A stretch of 64,000 bases of DNA, from the NCBI GenBank assembly GCA_964016885.1, contig OZ024756.1, forward strand, positions 27,280,001 to 27,344,000, in the 5' to 3' direction. The DNA is from Eledone cirrhosa (taxonomy: Eukaryota). Position numbers and translations under genes: made by a program. Within the stretch, counting starts at the first letter, position 1. Every line of letters begins with the position of its first letter. Below, piece after piece: positions 43,243-56,430 of this stretch. The notes beneath the pieces are model-generated. The model made no database searches. It saw only the letters and a list, made by a program, of their open reading frames with translations, and was not told the DNA's origin.

Positions 43243-43853
43243 TGATCGAGTATCGAAAAATCGGCGCACGAGTTCACGATAAACAAAATTCGAAATGAGC
43301 GGCAGAGGGCTCAATAATTCAGATAAATCAGAGCTATAACTATCGTTAAAATACCGTCACACATAGAACAAGTCTAAAATCAACCGCACGATAAAAAAAT
43401 CGATAATAGAAGATTCGGGACAATCAGATAAAGAATATCAATAAATCAATAATTTAAATGAATGTAAAATCATACCCGGACCCACTAGAAAGGTGTTAAA
43501 TCTAGCTTCTTGGGTTTCTGTAAATCCTTAGACTGTACTCTATCAGCTCACATATAAATATATAAGACTTCTAGAATAAGCGGACTGGATATTTACTTCT
43601 TCAACGAGCTTCGTCCTAACGGATAAGAGGCTAAATACAAGCAAAATACGCACATGGAATTCGGCAAGGGAGATAACCTCTACATCCGCGAAAACTATAT
43701 ATATATATATATATAAATTGGAATAAATGCTCTGAAATAGCGATATATATGTGAATATAGACATAGAATATTCGAAAATATTCTGTATGTTTATAATAAA
43801 CATTTTGAAGACCTAATCGCTATAGAATAGAATACGTCACGTATTACAATTAG

Positions 43854-43942
43854 ATTCTCGATAAAAGCAAGGGAAGTAATCTACGCGTTTCATTCTCGTT
43901 AGAAATCATCAGGACTACATATCCAGTGCTTTTATCGAGAAT
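43854..43942 (-). ncRNA. Type I hammerhead ribozyme (first of 12 minus-strand copies at 310-bp spacing, last at 47264-47352)
   Basis: Reverse complement of the motif at 47644-47732. Confidence 0.85.
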
Positions 43943-46900
43943 GACACAGCTAGAGACTTATAGAATACTTAGCTGTGTACAGGAACTGGTTTGAAAGAGC
44001 GGTTGCCGGTCCGGCAGAAATTAGAAATTGGAATAAATGCTCTGAAATAGCGATATATATGTGAATATAGACATAGAATATTCGAAAATATTCTGTATGT
44101 TTATAATAAACATTTTGAAGACCTAATCGCTATAGAATAGAATACGTCACGTATTACAATTAGATTCTCGATAAAAGCAAGGGAAGTAATCTACGCGTTT
44201 CATTCTCGTTAGAAATCATCAGGACTACATATCCAGTGCTTTTATCGAGAATGACACAGCTAGAGACTTATAGAATACTTAGCTGTGTACAGGAACTGGT
44301 TTGAAAGAGCGGTTGCCGGTCCGGCAGAAATTAGAAATTGGAATAAATGCTCTGAAATAGCGATATATATGTGAATATAGACATAGAATATTCGAAAATA
44401 TTCTGTATGTTTATAATAAACATTTTGAAGACCTAATCGCTATAGAATAGAATACGTCACGTATTACAATTAGATTCTCGATAAAAGCAAGGGAAGTAAT
44501 CTACGCGTTTCATTCTCGTTAGAAATCATCAGGACTACATATCCAGTGCTTTTATCGAGAATGACACAGCTAGAGACTTATAGAATACTTAGCTGTGTAC
44601 AGGAACTGGTTTGAAAGAGCGGTTGCCGGTCCGGCAGAAATTAGAAATTGGAATAAATGCTCTGAAATAGCGATATATATGTGAATATAGACATAGAATA
44701 TTCGAAAATATTCTGTATGTTTATAATAAACATTTTGAAGACCTAATCGCTATAGAATAGAATACGTCACGTATTACAATTAGATTCTCGATAAAAGCAA
44801 GGGAAGTAATCTACGCGTTTCATTCTCGTTAGAAATCATCAGGACTACATATCCAGTGCTTTTATCGAGAATGACACAGCTAGAGACTTATAGAATACTT
44901 AGCTGTGTACAGGAACTGGTTTGAAAGAGCGGTTGCCGGTCCGGCAGAAATTAGAAATTGGAATAAATGCTCTGAAATAGCGATATATATGTGAATATAG
45001 ACATAGAATATTCGAAAATATTCTGTATGTTTATAATAAACATTTTGAAGACCTAATCGCTATAGAATAGAATACGTCACGTATTACAATTAGATTCTCG
45101 ATAAAAGCAAGGGAAGTAATCTACGCGTTTCATTCTCGTTAGAAATCATCAGGACTACATATCCAGTGCTTTTATCGAGAATGACACAGCTAGAGACTTA
45201 TAGAATACTTAGCTGTGTACAGGAACTGGTTTGAAAGAGCGGTTGCCGGTCCGGCAGAAATTAGAAATTGGAATAAATGCTCTGAAATAGCGATATATAT
45301 GTGAATATAGACATAGAATATTCGAAAATATTCTGTATGTTTATAATAAACATTTTGAAGACCTAATCGCTATAGAATAGAATACGTCACGTATTACAAT
45401 TAGATTCTCGATAAAAGCAAGGGAAGTAATCTACGCGTTTCATTCTCGTTAGAAATCATCAGGACTACATATCCAGTGCTTTTATCGAGAATGACACAGC
45501 TAGAGACTTATAGAATACTTAGCTGTGTACAGGAACTGGTTTGAAAGAGCGGTTGCCGGTCCGGCAGAAATTAGAAATTGGAATAAATGCTCTGAAATAG
45601 CGATATATATGTGAATATAGACATAGAATATTCGAAAATATTCTGTATGTTTATAATAAACATTTTGAAGACCTAATCGCTATAGAATAGAATACGTCAC
45701 GTATTACAATTAGATTCTCGATAAAAGCAAGGGAAGTAATCTACGCGTTTCATTCTCGTTAGAAATCATCAGGACTACATATCCAGTGCTTTTATCGAGA
45801 ATGACACAGCTAGAGACTTATAGAATACTTAGCTGTGTACAGGAACTGGTTTGAAAGAGCGGTTGCCGGTCCGGCAGAAATTAGAAATTGGAATAAATGC
45901 TCTGAAATAGCGATATATATGTGAATATAGACATAGAATATTCGAAAATATTCTGTATGTTTATAATAAACATTTTGAAGACCTAATCGCTATAGAATAG
46001 AATACGTCACGTATTACAATTAGATTCTCGATAAAAGCAAGGGAAGTAATCTACGCGTTTCATTCTCGTTAGAAATCATCAGGACTACATATCCAGTGCT
46101 TTTATCGAGAATGACACAGCTAGAGACTTATAGAATACTTAGCTGTGTACAGGAACTGGTTTGAAAGAGCGGTTGCCGGTCCGGCAGAAATTAGAAATTG
46201 GAATAAATGCTCTGAAATAGCGATATATATGTGAATATAGACATAGAATATTCGAAAATATTCTGTATGTTTATAATAAACATTTTGAAGACCTAATCGC
46301 TATAGAATAGAATACGTCACGTATTACAATTAGATTCTCGATAAAAGCAAGGGAAGTAATCTACGCGTTTCATTCTCGTTAGAAATCATCAGGACTACAT
46401 ATCCAGTGCTTTTATCGAGAATGACACAGCTAGAGACTTATAGAATACTTAGCTGTGTACAGGAACTGGTTTGAAAGAGCGGTTGCCGGTCCGGCAGAAA
46501 TTAGAAATTGGAATAAATGCTCTGAAATAGCGATATATATGTGAATATAGACATAGAATATTCGAAAATATTCTGTATGTTTATAATAAACATTTTGAAG
46601 ACCTAATCGCTATAGAATAGAATACGTCACGTATTACAATTAGATTCTCGATAAAAGCAAGGGAAGTAATCTACGCGTTTCATTCTCGTTAGAAATCATC
46701 AGGACTACATATCCAGTGCTTTTATCGAGAATGACACAGCTAGAGACTTATAGAATACTTAGCTGTGTACAGGAACTGGTTTGAAAGAGCGGTTGCCGGT
46801 CCGGCAGAAATTAGAAATTGGAATAAATGCTCTGAAATAGCGATATATATGTGAATATAGACATAGAATATTCGAAAATATTCTGTATGTTTATAATAAA

Positions 46901-47643
46901 CATTTTGAAGACCTAATCGCTATAGAATAGAATACGTCACGTATTACAATTAGATTCTCGATAAAAGCAAGGGAAGTAATCTACGCGTTTCATTCTCGTT
47001 AGAAATCATCAGGACTACATATCCAGTGCTTTTATCGAGAATGACACAGCTAGAGACTTATAGAATACTTAGCTGTGTACAGGAACTGGTTTGAAAGAGC
47101 GGTTGCCGGTCCGGCAGAAATTAGAAATTGGAATAAATGCTCTGAAATAGCGATATATATGTGAATATAGACATAGAATATTCGAAAATATTCTGTATGT
47201 TTATAATAAACATTTTGAAGACCTAATCGCTATAGAATAGAATACGTCACGTATTACAATTAGATTCTCGATAAAAGCAAGGGAAGTAATCTACGCGTTT
47301 CATTCTCGTTAGAAATCATCAGGACTACATATCCAGTGCTTTTATCGAGAATGACACAGCTAGAGACTTATAGAATACTTAGCTGTGTACAGTAGATTAC
47401 TTCCCTTGCTTTTATCGAGAATCTAATTGTAATACGTGACGTATTCTATTCTATAGCGATTAGGTCTTCAAAATGTTTATTATAAACATACAGAATATTT
47501 TCGAATATTCTATGTCTATATTCACATATATATCGCTATTTCAGAGCATTTATTCCAATTTCTAATTTCTGCCGGACCGGCAACCGCTCTTTCAAACCAG
47601 TTCCTGTACACAGCTAAGTATTCTATAAGTCTCTAGCTGTGTC

Positions 47644-47732
47644 ATTCTCGATAAAAGCACTGGATATGTAGTCCTGATGATTTCTAACGAGAATGAAACG
47701 CGTAGATTACTTCCCTTGCTTTTATCGAGAAT
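47644..47732 (+). ncRNA. Type I hammerhead ribozyme (second + copy at 47954-48042); predicted cleavage after 47704
   Basis: attctcgataaaagca-ctggatat-gtagtc-CTGATGA-tttct aacg agaat-GAAA-cgcg-TA-gattac-ttccct-tgcttttatcgagaat. 6-bp stem I plus a 16-bp perfect extension; palindromic stem III ACGCGU. Confidence 0.85.
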
Positions 47733-48200
47733 CTAATTGTAATACGTGACGTATTCTATTCTATAGCGATTAGGTCTTCAAAATGTTTATTATAAACATA
47801 CAGAATATTTTCGAATATTCTATGTCTATATTCACATATATATCGCTATTTCAGAGCATTTATTCCAATTTCTAATTTCTGCCGGACCGGCAACCGCTCT
47901 TTCAAACCAGTTCCTGTACACAGCTAAGTATTCTATAAGTCTCTAGCTGTGTCATTCTCGATAAAAGCACTGGATATGTAGTCCTGATGATTTCTAACGA
48001 GAATGAAACGCGTAGATTACTTCCCTTGCTTTTATCGAGAATCTAATTGTAATACGTGACGTATTCTATTCTATAGCGATTAGGTCTTCAAAATGTTTAT
48101 TATAAACATACAGAATATTTTCGAATATTCTATGTCTATATTCACATATATATATAAGTAAGTATGTTTTGAAACAGTGAGCAGGTTTGAAATTAGAAAA

Positions 48201-48390
48201 TAGAATAGCTTTCACTGTATTTTGACTAAAGAAATTTTAGCCTGATAATGGGGTTTAGAACCCTCAGATAAATGGAAAAAGATGAGTATTGATCTACGTC
48301 AATACTCATCTTTTTCCATTTATCTGAGGGTTCTAAATCCCATTATCAGGCTAAAATTTCTTTAGTCAAAATATGGTGAAAGCTATTCTA
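48201..48390. repeat. ~92-bp-arm palindrome ending in (TA)n
   Basis: tagaatagctttcac...gagtattga tctacg tcaatactc...gtgaaagctattcta. Confidence 0.85.
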
Positions 48391-48516
48391 TATATATATA
48401 TATATTAAAATAACAGATTAAAGTTTAAGCAAAGAATCGCTGCTTTCCCCCTTAACGGGATCTTCTGAAACTAAAAAAATTCTCTTCGGATTTTAGTCTT
48501 CACATTTATTATTGAA

Positions 48517-48745
48517 AGTATCGGTAGAGGGTCTGACGCCATGCTTTGCAACATAGAGTATCCGGCCAGAATTCTCTCACCTCTTTCTGTTCAAACGGAT
48601 CATAACCATCCGCTCATACCGACGTCCAGAGTTCAAATCACGCCGAGGTTAACTTTGCCTTCCATCCTTCTGGGGTCGATAGAATAAAGTACCAGTAATA
48701 CACTGGGATAATTGGTGGTCTTGTGTCAAAAGTAGAAACAATTAT
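48517..48745 (+). mobile_element. SINE family 1 copy with an internal piggyBac-MITE-derived segment
   Basis: SINE head, then gtatccggccagaattctctcacctctttctgttcaaacggatcataacc (as at 37240-37300), then SINE B box and core. Confidence 0.7.
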
Positions 48746-49151
48746 TACTCTATATATATTTTCCTGAGTCAGTTTTTTTAGTTGCTTTGGTCACTGCGGC
48801 TGGCTTACCGGCCGCTGTCCTCAATTTGCAAAGCTGTCTAAACGTAATGTTATAACTCTAAGGTAATATACCTTATTGAGTGCTTAGCTGCACATCCCGA
48901 TTGTATTCGTTAGCTTAGCTGCAGCCAGAGCTTCGATTATGCTGTACTAACTTTAGTATATAGAAGAGGAATTCCAATTTTGTCTGATTTACTCGTTTTA
49001 TTTACAATCCTTTAAAATTTATAATGGTATTATAATGAAATAGTATGATAGAATATTAAATGTTAAGTGTTAATTGAACAAGTACTTTCATGCTTTCGCA
49101 ATCTTCAGGTTCATAATGTGTGGTGACAGTCAAGTTTGTAATTTTCAACTG

Positions 49152-49184
<33 letters not shown>

Positions 49185-49676
49185 GGGGGGAATACGCTTT
49201 AATATAGGGGCTAGTACTTTTTTTATCGATCTCGAAAGGATGTAAAGCAAATTTGACCTCGGCGGGATTTGAACTTACCAGAAAGCGGAAACGAATACCA
49301 CAAGGCATTCAAACCGACGTTCTAACAACTCTGCTAATTCACCGCCTTTCTCTCTAACCATATCTACCCTCAAATCTACTCCAACTAACACAGCACCAAT
49401 CTCACTGCCGTCGCCCCCACTTACAATTAAGCCAGAATATAGCCATCACGCCCCCACACGCAGCCATGCGTCTGTAGCTGTCTATCTACATGTTTGTATA
49501 CATTAGCTGTTTATAATAAAACAGTCACTGAGCAGATGTGAGAACTCACATATGTAGTTGTGGGTGTGTCTGTGTGTGTATGTCTGTCTGTGCGGCGAGT
49601 ACTTGTGTGTGTGTGTGTGTGTGTGTGTGTCGTATGTGTAACTGCCTTTGTATGATAAAGTATGTATATATATACT

Positions 49677-49722
<46 letters not shown>

Positions 49723-49835
49723 TTGAGACACTTTTTAAAATTTTATTTTCATTCCCAAACGTGAACGTATTTTTTGGCATCCGTGTTTGTCTTGTATATT
49801 CTTGATATATATATATATATATATGTGTATGTATA

Positions 49836-49979
<144 letters not shown>

Positions 49980-50102
49980 CATATATATATACACATATAT
50001 ATATATACACATATATATATACATATATATACACATAGATATACACATATATACATACATATATATATATATACACATATATATATACATATATATACAC
50101 AC

Positions 50103-50153
<51 letters not shown>

Positions 50154-50224
50154 CACACACACAGAAAAGTTTGTTTTCAAATATAAAAACTGGAAACGTA
50201 TATATACATATATATATGTATATA

Positions 50225-50277
<53 letters not shown>

Positions 50278-51039
50278 GTGTGTATATTATACATATATAC
50301 ATGTGCGTATGTATATATATATAATTATAATATAATTGTCCTCTTTATAACGTTTATTAACTGACTGTCTGTCTCTTTAAAGTCATTATATAAATCCCCA
50401 CCGTCACGTCCTCTCCCTCTTTATTACATGGCTCTGTTGGTTAACCCACCAAATGGTTAACATCAGTAAAGACGAATTACCCCCAAAACCACCACCACCA
50501 CCACACCACCACACTACACCCCCACAGCAGTCCTCAACACACCTCCGCCACCCCAAACAAACACCCCACACAACCCACCGCCAGCAGAGTTAGACATAGT
50601 TTGACATAGTATACTCTATCATACTTTATCATATATATTATATATATGATAATAATGGAGCTGCGCGTTGCAAATGGGATACATATGAAAAAGTAGGTCC
50701 TTCATCAGTGACCCTCCAACCGTCCCAGGCATTTCATCGCTTTAAGGGCCATATGCCTCAGGTTGGTGCGAACAACGGCTAAAAAAAGTCGTTGGGACAC
50801 GTAAATAAAGGGGACGTTAGGGTGAACAAACAAAATGGTTTAAGCAACAGAAAGTGAGAAGAAAGAGACACGTCCCAGATTTCTATGAATATAAACTCGG
50901 TATATATATATATATATATATAAATAGAGTAAAAGAGTCAGGACCCCGACGGCTGAGCTCCGGCCGTCTCGACAGCTAGATCCTAAGTAGTGCGTACTCT
51001 AGTGCGTTATGGTCCACCTGGTATCATACCACACCGTCT

Positions 51040-51164
<125 letters not shown>

Positions 51165-51179
51165 GTGTGTATGTGTGTG

Positions 51180-51227
<48 letters not shown>

Positions 51228-51329
51228 TATCCACGGTAAGTATAGTTACGATGTATTATCATCACCTAGAAACGATCGTAAAGCAGTGAAGTATATCTCT
51301 AATGACTTGATTTTTCATTTCATTGTTTT

Positions 51330-51366
<37 letters not shown>

Positions 51367-51375
51367 TATATATAA

Positions 51376-51407
<32 letters not shown>

Positions 51408-51411
<4 letters not shown>

Positions 51412-51718
51412 AAAAGTTCTATTTAAATTGTTGGGATACAACAAGCAAATATTTTTATAACTGATATAAAACACTCAACAAATAATTGGAGTAAAAATAC
51501 GATATTAACAAATGGAAACTATATTTATAAAACCATATTTATTTCATTATACATATATTTCAAGGACACCAAGTTAAATTATGGTGTATTTATTTATAAA
51601 ACTGCTCTATATTATATTTTATCTGATGAAAGCACACCATAATTTAACTTGGTGTCCTTGAAATATGTATAATGAAATAAATATGGTTTTATAAATATAG
51701 TTTCCATTTGTTAATATC

Positions 51719-51722
<4 letters not shown>
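51408..51722. mobile_element. Family B inverted insertion; hammerhead at 51615-51679 (+)
   Basis: tattttat-CTGATGA-aagcacacca...tggtgtcctt-GAAA-tatgta-TA-atgaaata; arms are mutually inverted; (TA)n on both sides. Confidence 0.75.
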
Positions 51723-51757
<35 letters not shown>

Positions 51758-51937
51758 ATACATAAACAGAGAAAGCCTTAAGCGATACTCCGACCAACTC
51801 CATCTCACTCAACAAACATTCGGATATACTTAAGTATTATCCCAATTTAGTGTTTGGGGTGCTAACTAATCAGTATTTCGTGGATAATTGGTTGTATTAT
51901 TTTATATGAGACATTATTAAATAAATATCTCTTTCCT

Positions 51938-52061
51938 TCCAGACGGCCGTTTCGTTATAAGATTTCTACAATTTGGGATAAATAATTTCCAGGTTATGTA
52001 GAAACTTGTATATAATCCATAGTTTTATACACAAGCGAGCTCTTATAAACTCATCAGTGGA
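51938..52061 (-). ncRNA. Type I hammerhead ribozyme with a large branched stem II
   Basis: Minus strand: tcca-CTGATGA-gtttataaga-[two hairpins]-tcttataac-GAAA-cggccg-TC-tgga. Confidence 0.7.
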
Positions 52062-52636
52062 TGCCCATTGAGATTAAGTTGAGACGTCCGTCAGATGTAT
52101 CAAGATATATTTCCGTATGCGGATTAGTGGGTGATATCACTTGATCCTGCACTTATATAAAACTAGGTGGAACTAAAGTGTCTTATGCAAAATATTCAGG
52201 TCCAGTAACTTGGAGTAGCCTAACAAGATGTTTCTCCTGTGACAGCAAAATAGTATATCCTTTTGTGTCTAATGTTTCAAATGAAATGAAATAGATTCCT
52301 GTATTGAAGCAAATAACATTGTGTATACTCTGGGATTTTTGCATAACCTTACCTATTGAGTACGCTGAGATGCAACCGGTACTAACAGGAAAACTTATGC
52401 TAGTCCTATATATTTCTTGCAAGAGATGTCAACATGGACCTATTATTTTTATCTAAAGACATTTTTTTCAATTCCATCCCGCCCGCCCGTCCCCTTAATC
52501 TGTTTTATTTCTCATTCTTTCTTCTGGTGAAGGACTAGCGTCCGAAACGCTAAGACCCTCTTCTTGCTATATCAAGCGTTAACCTAATATATACCTTCCA
52601 TATACTGTACTGATTGTGTTATTTCCGTTTACCTTT

Positions 52637-52668
<32 letters not shown>

Positions 52669-52670
<2 letters not shown>

Positions 52671-52825
52671 ACAAAGAAGGTGTGGTAAGTTATCAGGTGA
52701 ACTTACCAGAGTACTCAATACTTAGGGTAGTAGAGTGGGTAATAGGAAAAGAGTCAGGACTCCGACGGCTGAGCTCCGGCCGTTTCGACAGCTAGATCCG
52801 AACCCGTCGGGGTCCTGACTCTTTT

Positions 52826-52828
<3 letters not shown>
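52669..52828 (-). mobile_element. TA-inserted fold-back element, family A subfamily
   Basis: Conserved arm plus an asymmetric inverted arm. Confidence 0.8.
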
Positions 52829-52866
<38 letters not shown>

Positions 52867-53499
52867 ACATATGAGGGTGTATACATATCAGATTCCGAAT
52901 ATAAGGTTCTGCTAAATCTTCCCTGCATTCTGGTAAACACATATATGATACAAGCTTAAGCAGTATTAATTAATAATTTAATTAATATTAATGACTATTA
53001 CTATTTGAACAAAATATATAAAACAATCCTTCCTCCCCATAAATCAGAAACTCATTCTCTGCTCTCACTTTTACTTACAACATTTCACACATAGACACAC
53101 GTATGTATACATATATTAGGGAACACGTATCTGCAGATACACACACAAACAAACGTAGGTATATATGTATATGTGTGCATGAGAGAGTGGGAGGGGGAGT
53201 AAGAGATGTAATAACATCAGCTGTAAATATTTGTATTATTATTGCCACCATCTTATCGTGAAACATGAGAGCTCAATTACAGGTTAATGGCCGCTATCAC
53301 CATTCGTTTAGAATATTTAGCGGAAAATTAGACATGGAAACAACATTTTGTTAATTCACGATGCATTTGAAATTTTTTTAAAAATTATATTCTTCACCAT
53401 ACACAATACAGAAAACTATAATAATAGTTGATAACTAGAAATAATAATTGAATAAGTTGGGTACAGTCCGGGCCGGATTTTAAAAAATGCCCTCTAATA

Positions 53500-53760
53500 G
53501 ATGTATTAATCCCCAGAGACGACAATATATCTTTCAAGGAAATAGAGAAACTCTCCAAATATAAATATCTAGAGGTAGAAATAACTCGAATGTGGAAAAT
53601 GAAAACTGAAACAATACTTATAATAACAGGTGCCCTATGAATGATAAAGGAAACACACAGACAAATACATAACCAAAACCCCAGGACTTACAAATATATG
53701 CAGCATGCAAAAGATAGAACTACGAGGCACTGCACACATATTACGAAAAGTACAATCAAT
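53500..53760 (+). pseudogene. R4/Dong-like LINE restriction-like endonuclease fragment
   Basis: IPRDDNISFKEIEKLSKYKYLEVEITRMWKMKTETILIITGAL*MIK. Confidence 0.65.
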
Positions 53761-53896
53761 ACAATAGAAACAACATCAGCAAAAACGACACTGCTCATAC
53801 CCAAGGTGCACAGAGCTGTGCTCAGTAAAGCAGTAATGATGTGCAATAAAAATAATAATGGAAATGATAATTAAATAATTTACCATATTCTGAGAA

Positions 53897-54335
53897 GCGG
53901 TATGAGCATAAGCCAGAGTCTGTGATAGAAAATGATCAAGTGAAGGTGCTATGGGATTTCAGGTTACAGACAGACAAGAAATTAGAACACACTAGGCCTG
54001 GCCTGGTGGTTTTTTGACAAGGAAAAAAGATCGTGCCTGATTGTAGATGTAGCCTTCCCCTTTGACACAAGAGTGCAAGAAAAGAAGGAGAAAATTAACC
54101 GATACCAGGATTTAAAGTGGGAATTAAAAAGGATTTGGGACTGTCATGAGATCAAAGTCATCCCGATTTTCATAGGAGCACTAGGTACTATCTCGAAGGG
54201 TTTTCAAGGATGGTCAAAGAACATTAGACCAACCCCCGTTTTTTTGGAACACTTCAAAGGGCATGCTTGCTGGGAGCAGCAAGAACCCTCCGATACGTCC
54301 TGAATATCTGGGGTTGCAGGTAACGGCTTGATGTT
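53897..54335 (+). pseudogene. R4/Dong-like LINE 3' fragment (RLE domain), frameshifted
   Basis: YEHKPESVIENDQVKVLWDFRLQTDKKLEHTRP...LIVDVAFPFDTRVQEKKEKINRYQDLKWELKRIW...VIPIFIGALGTI. Confidence 0.8.
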
Positions 54336-54683
54336 GATTTGAACAAACTTTCTAGTTAAATAACATCAATGATAACACCAACAACACCAGCACCACCATC
54401 ACCAACACCTGTTCCTAAATGCGAAATGGGCGTCAAAATGTTGCTAATTGTCTTTTTCGTGTAACAGGACACCAAAGCATTAAAAAGAAAAATCACGAAT
54501 ATAAATGGTTTAATGAGTGTTCTAAAATAATTTCAAAATAAACCGAGATAAAGGACAACTAAAGACGTGAAGCATAGGAAAATGAATTAAAAGAGAGGAA
54601 AAATAAACTGATAATGTCTTTGAACAAATAGATAATATATATGTATGTGTGTATGTATATTACATATATATATATATATATAT

Positions 54684-54874
54684 AACGAAGGAAATGTGGT
54701 AAGGAATCAGGTGGACCATAAAGCACCAAAGTACTCAATACTTAGGGTAGTAGAGTGGGTAATAGGAACGAGTAGGACCCCGACGGCTAAGCTCAAGCCG
54801 TTTCGACGGCTAATTCTGGACTGAATTAGCCGTCGAAACGCGGCTTCAGCTCAGCCGTCGGGGTCCTACTCGTT

Positions 54875-54877
<3 letters not shown>
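54684..54877 (-). mobile_element. TA-inserted fold-back element, family A
   Basis: Conserved arm plus a ~55-bp hairpin with apex near 54820. Confidence 0.85.
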
Positions 54878-54958
<81 letters not shown>

Positions 54959-55121
54959 AGAAAATTTGCTCCGAAAGCATTGCATGTGTCCGAAGAACCT
55001 GCAGCTGTAGAATCAGGCAGATCCACACAATGATCATGCCTCGAGCTATCTGCCGGCGAAACAATTGTAACACGCAATAAACTGAGTCTAGATGCATCAC
55101 TGATTTTTCGGTTGTTTATAT

Positions 55122-55293
<172 letters not shown>

Positions 55294-55298
55294 AATAT

Positions 55299-55501
<203 letters not shown>

Positions 55502-55502
55502 A

Positions 55503-55612
<110 letters not shown>

Positions 55613-55613
55613 T

Positions 55614-55647
<34 letters not shown>

Positions 55648-55659
55648 TATGTATATATT

Positions 55660-55692
<33 letters not shown>

Positions 55693-55712
55693 TAATATAT
55701 ATATATATATTA

Positions 55713-55771
<59 letters not shown>

Positions 55772-55904
55772 TTTAAAAACCATTGATAATTACATAGATA
55801 TGAAATATAAAGATAAACACAAAAAAGGGGGAAGGGGTAGAGACGGGTAGACCTGACTGTAGAGGAAGGGACTATAGATGTCATAAATAAGAGGAAAGGG
55901 AGGA

Positions 55905-56430
55905 GGTGATGGGGCCTGGGGTGATGAGCTCTGGCAATGGGGTGATGGGTTCTGGGCTTGGGGTGATGAGCTCTGGGCCTTGGGGTGGTGGGCTCTGGCC
56001 CTGGGGTGATGAGCTCTGGGCCTAGGATGATGGGTTTTGGGCCTGGGGTGATGGATTCTGGCCCTGGGTAGGGTGATGGGCTCTGGGCTTGGGGTGATGA
56101 GCTCTGAGCTTGGATGATGGGCTCTGGGCTCTGGGCCTGGGGTGATGAGTTCTGGCACTGGGGTGATGAGCTCTGGCCCGGTGGTGATGGGCTCTGGGCC
56201 TCGGGTGATGGACTCTGAGCCTGGGGTGATGAGCTCTGGGCCTGGCGTGATGAGATCTGGCTTTGGGGCTCTGGGCTCTGGGCTCTGAGCTCTGACCCTG
56301 GGGTGATGAGCTCTGGGCTCTGGATTTTGATCCTGAGGTGATGAGCTCTGGCCCTGGGGTGATGGACTCTGGGCCTGGGTTGATGGACTGTGGGCTCTGG
56401 GGTGATGAGATCTGGACTCTGACCCAGGAG
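55905..56430. repeat. GC-rich degenerate ~21-bp minisatellite (ggggtgatgagctctgggcct)
   Basis: Visible directly; lies within a repeat homologous to ~62588-62850. Confidence 0.85.

Larger units (their letters stand above)
43715..48153. mobile_element. Retrozyme-like 310-bp tandem array with internal inversion (11.9 units ribozyme-sense minus, 2.5 units ribozyme-sense plus)
   Basis: aaattggaataaatgc recurs at 43715, 44025, 44335...; orientation flips at 47391/47392; each unit has a type I hammerhead; TA-rich ends on both sides; no ORF. Confidence 0.88.
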
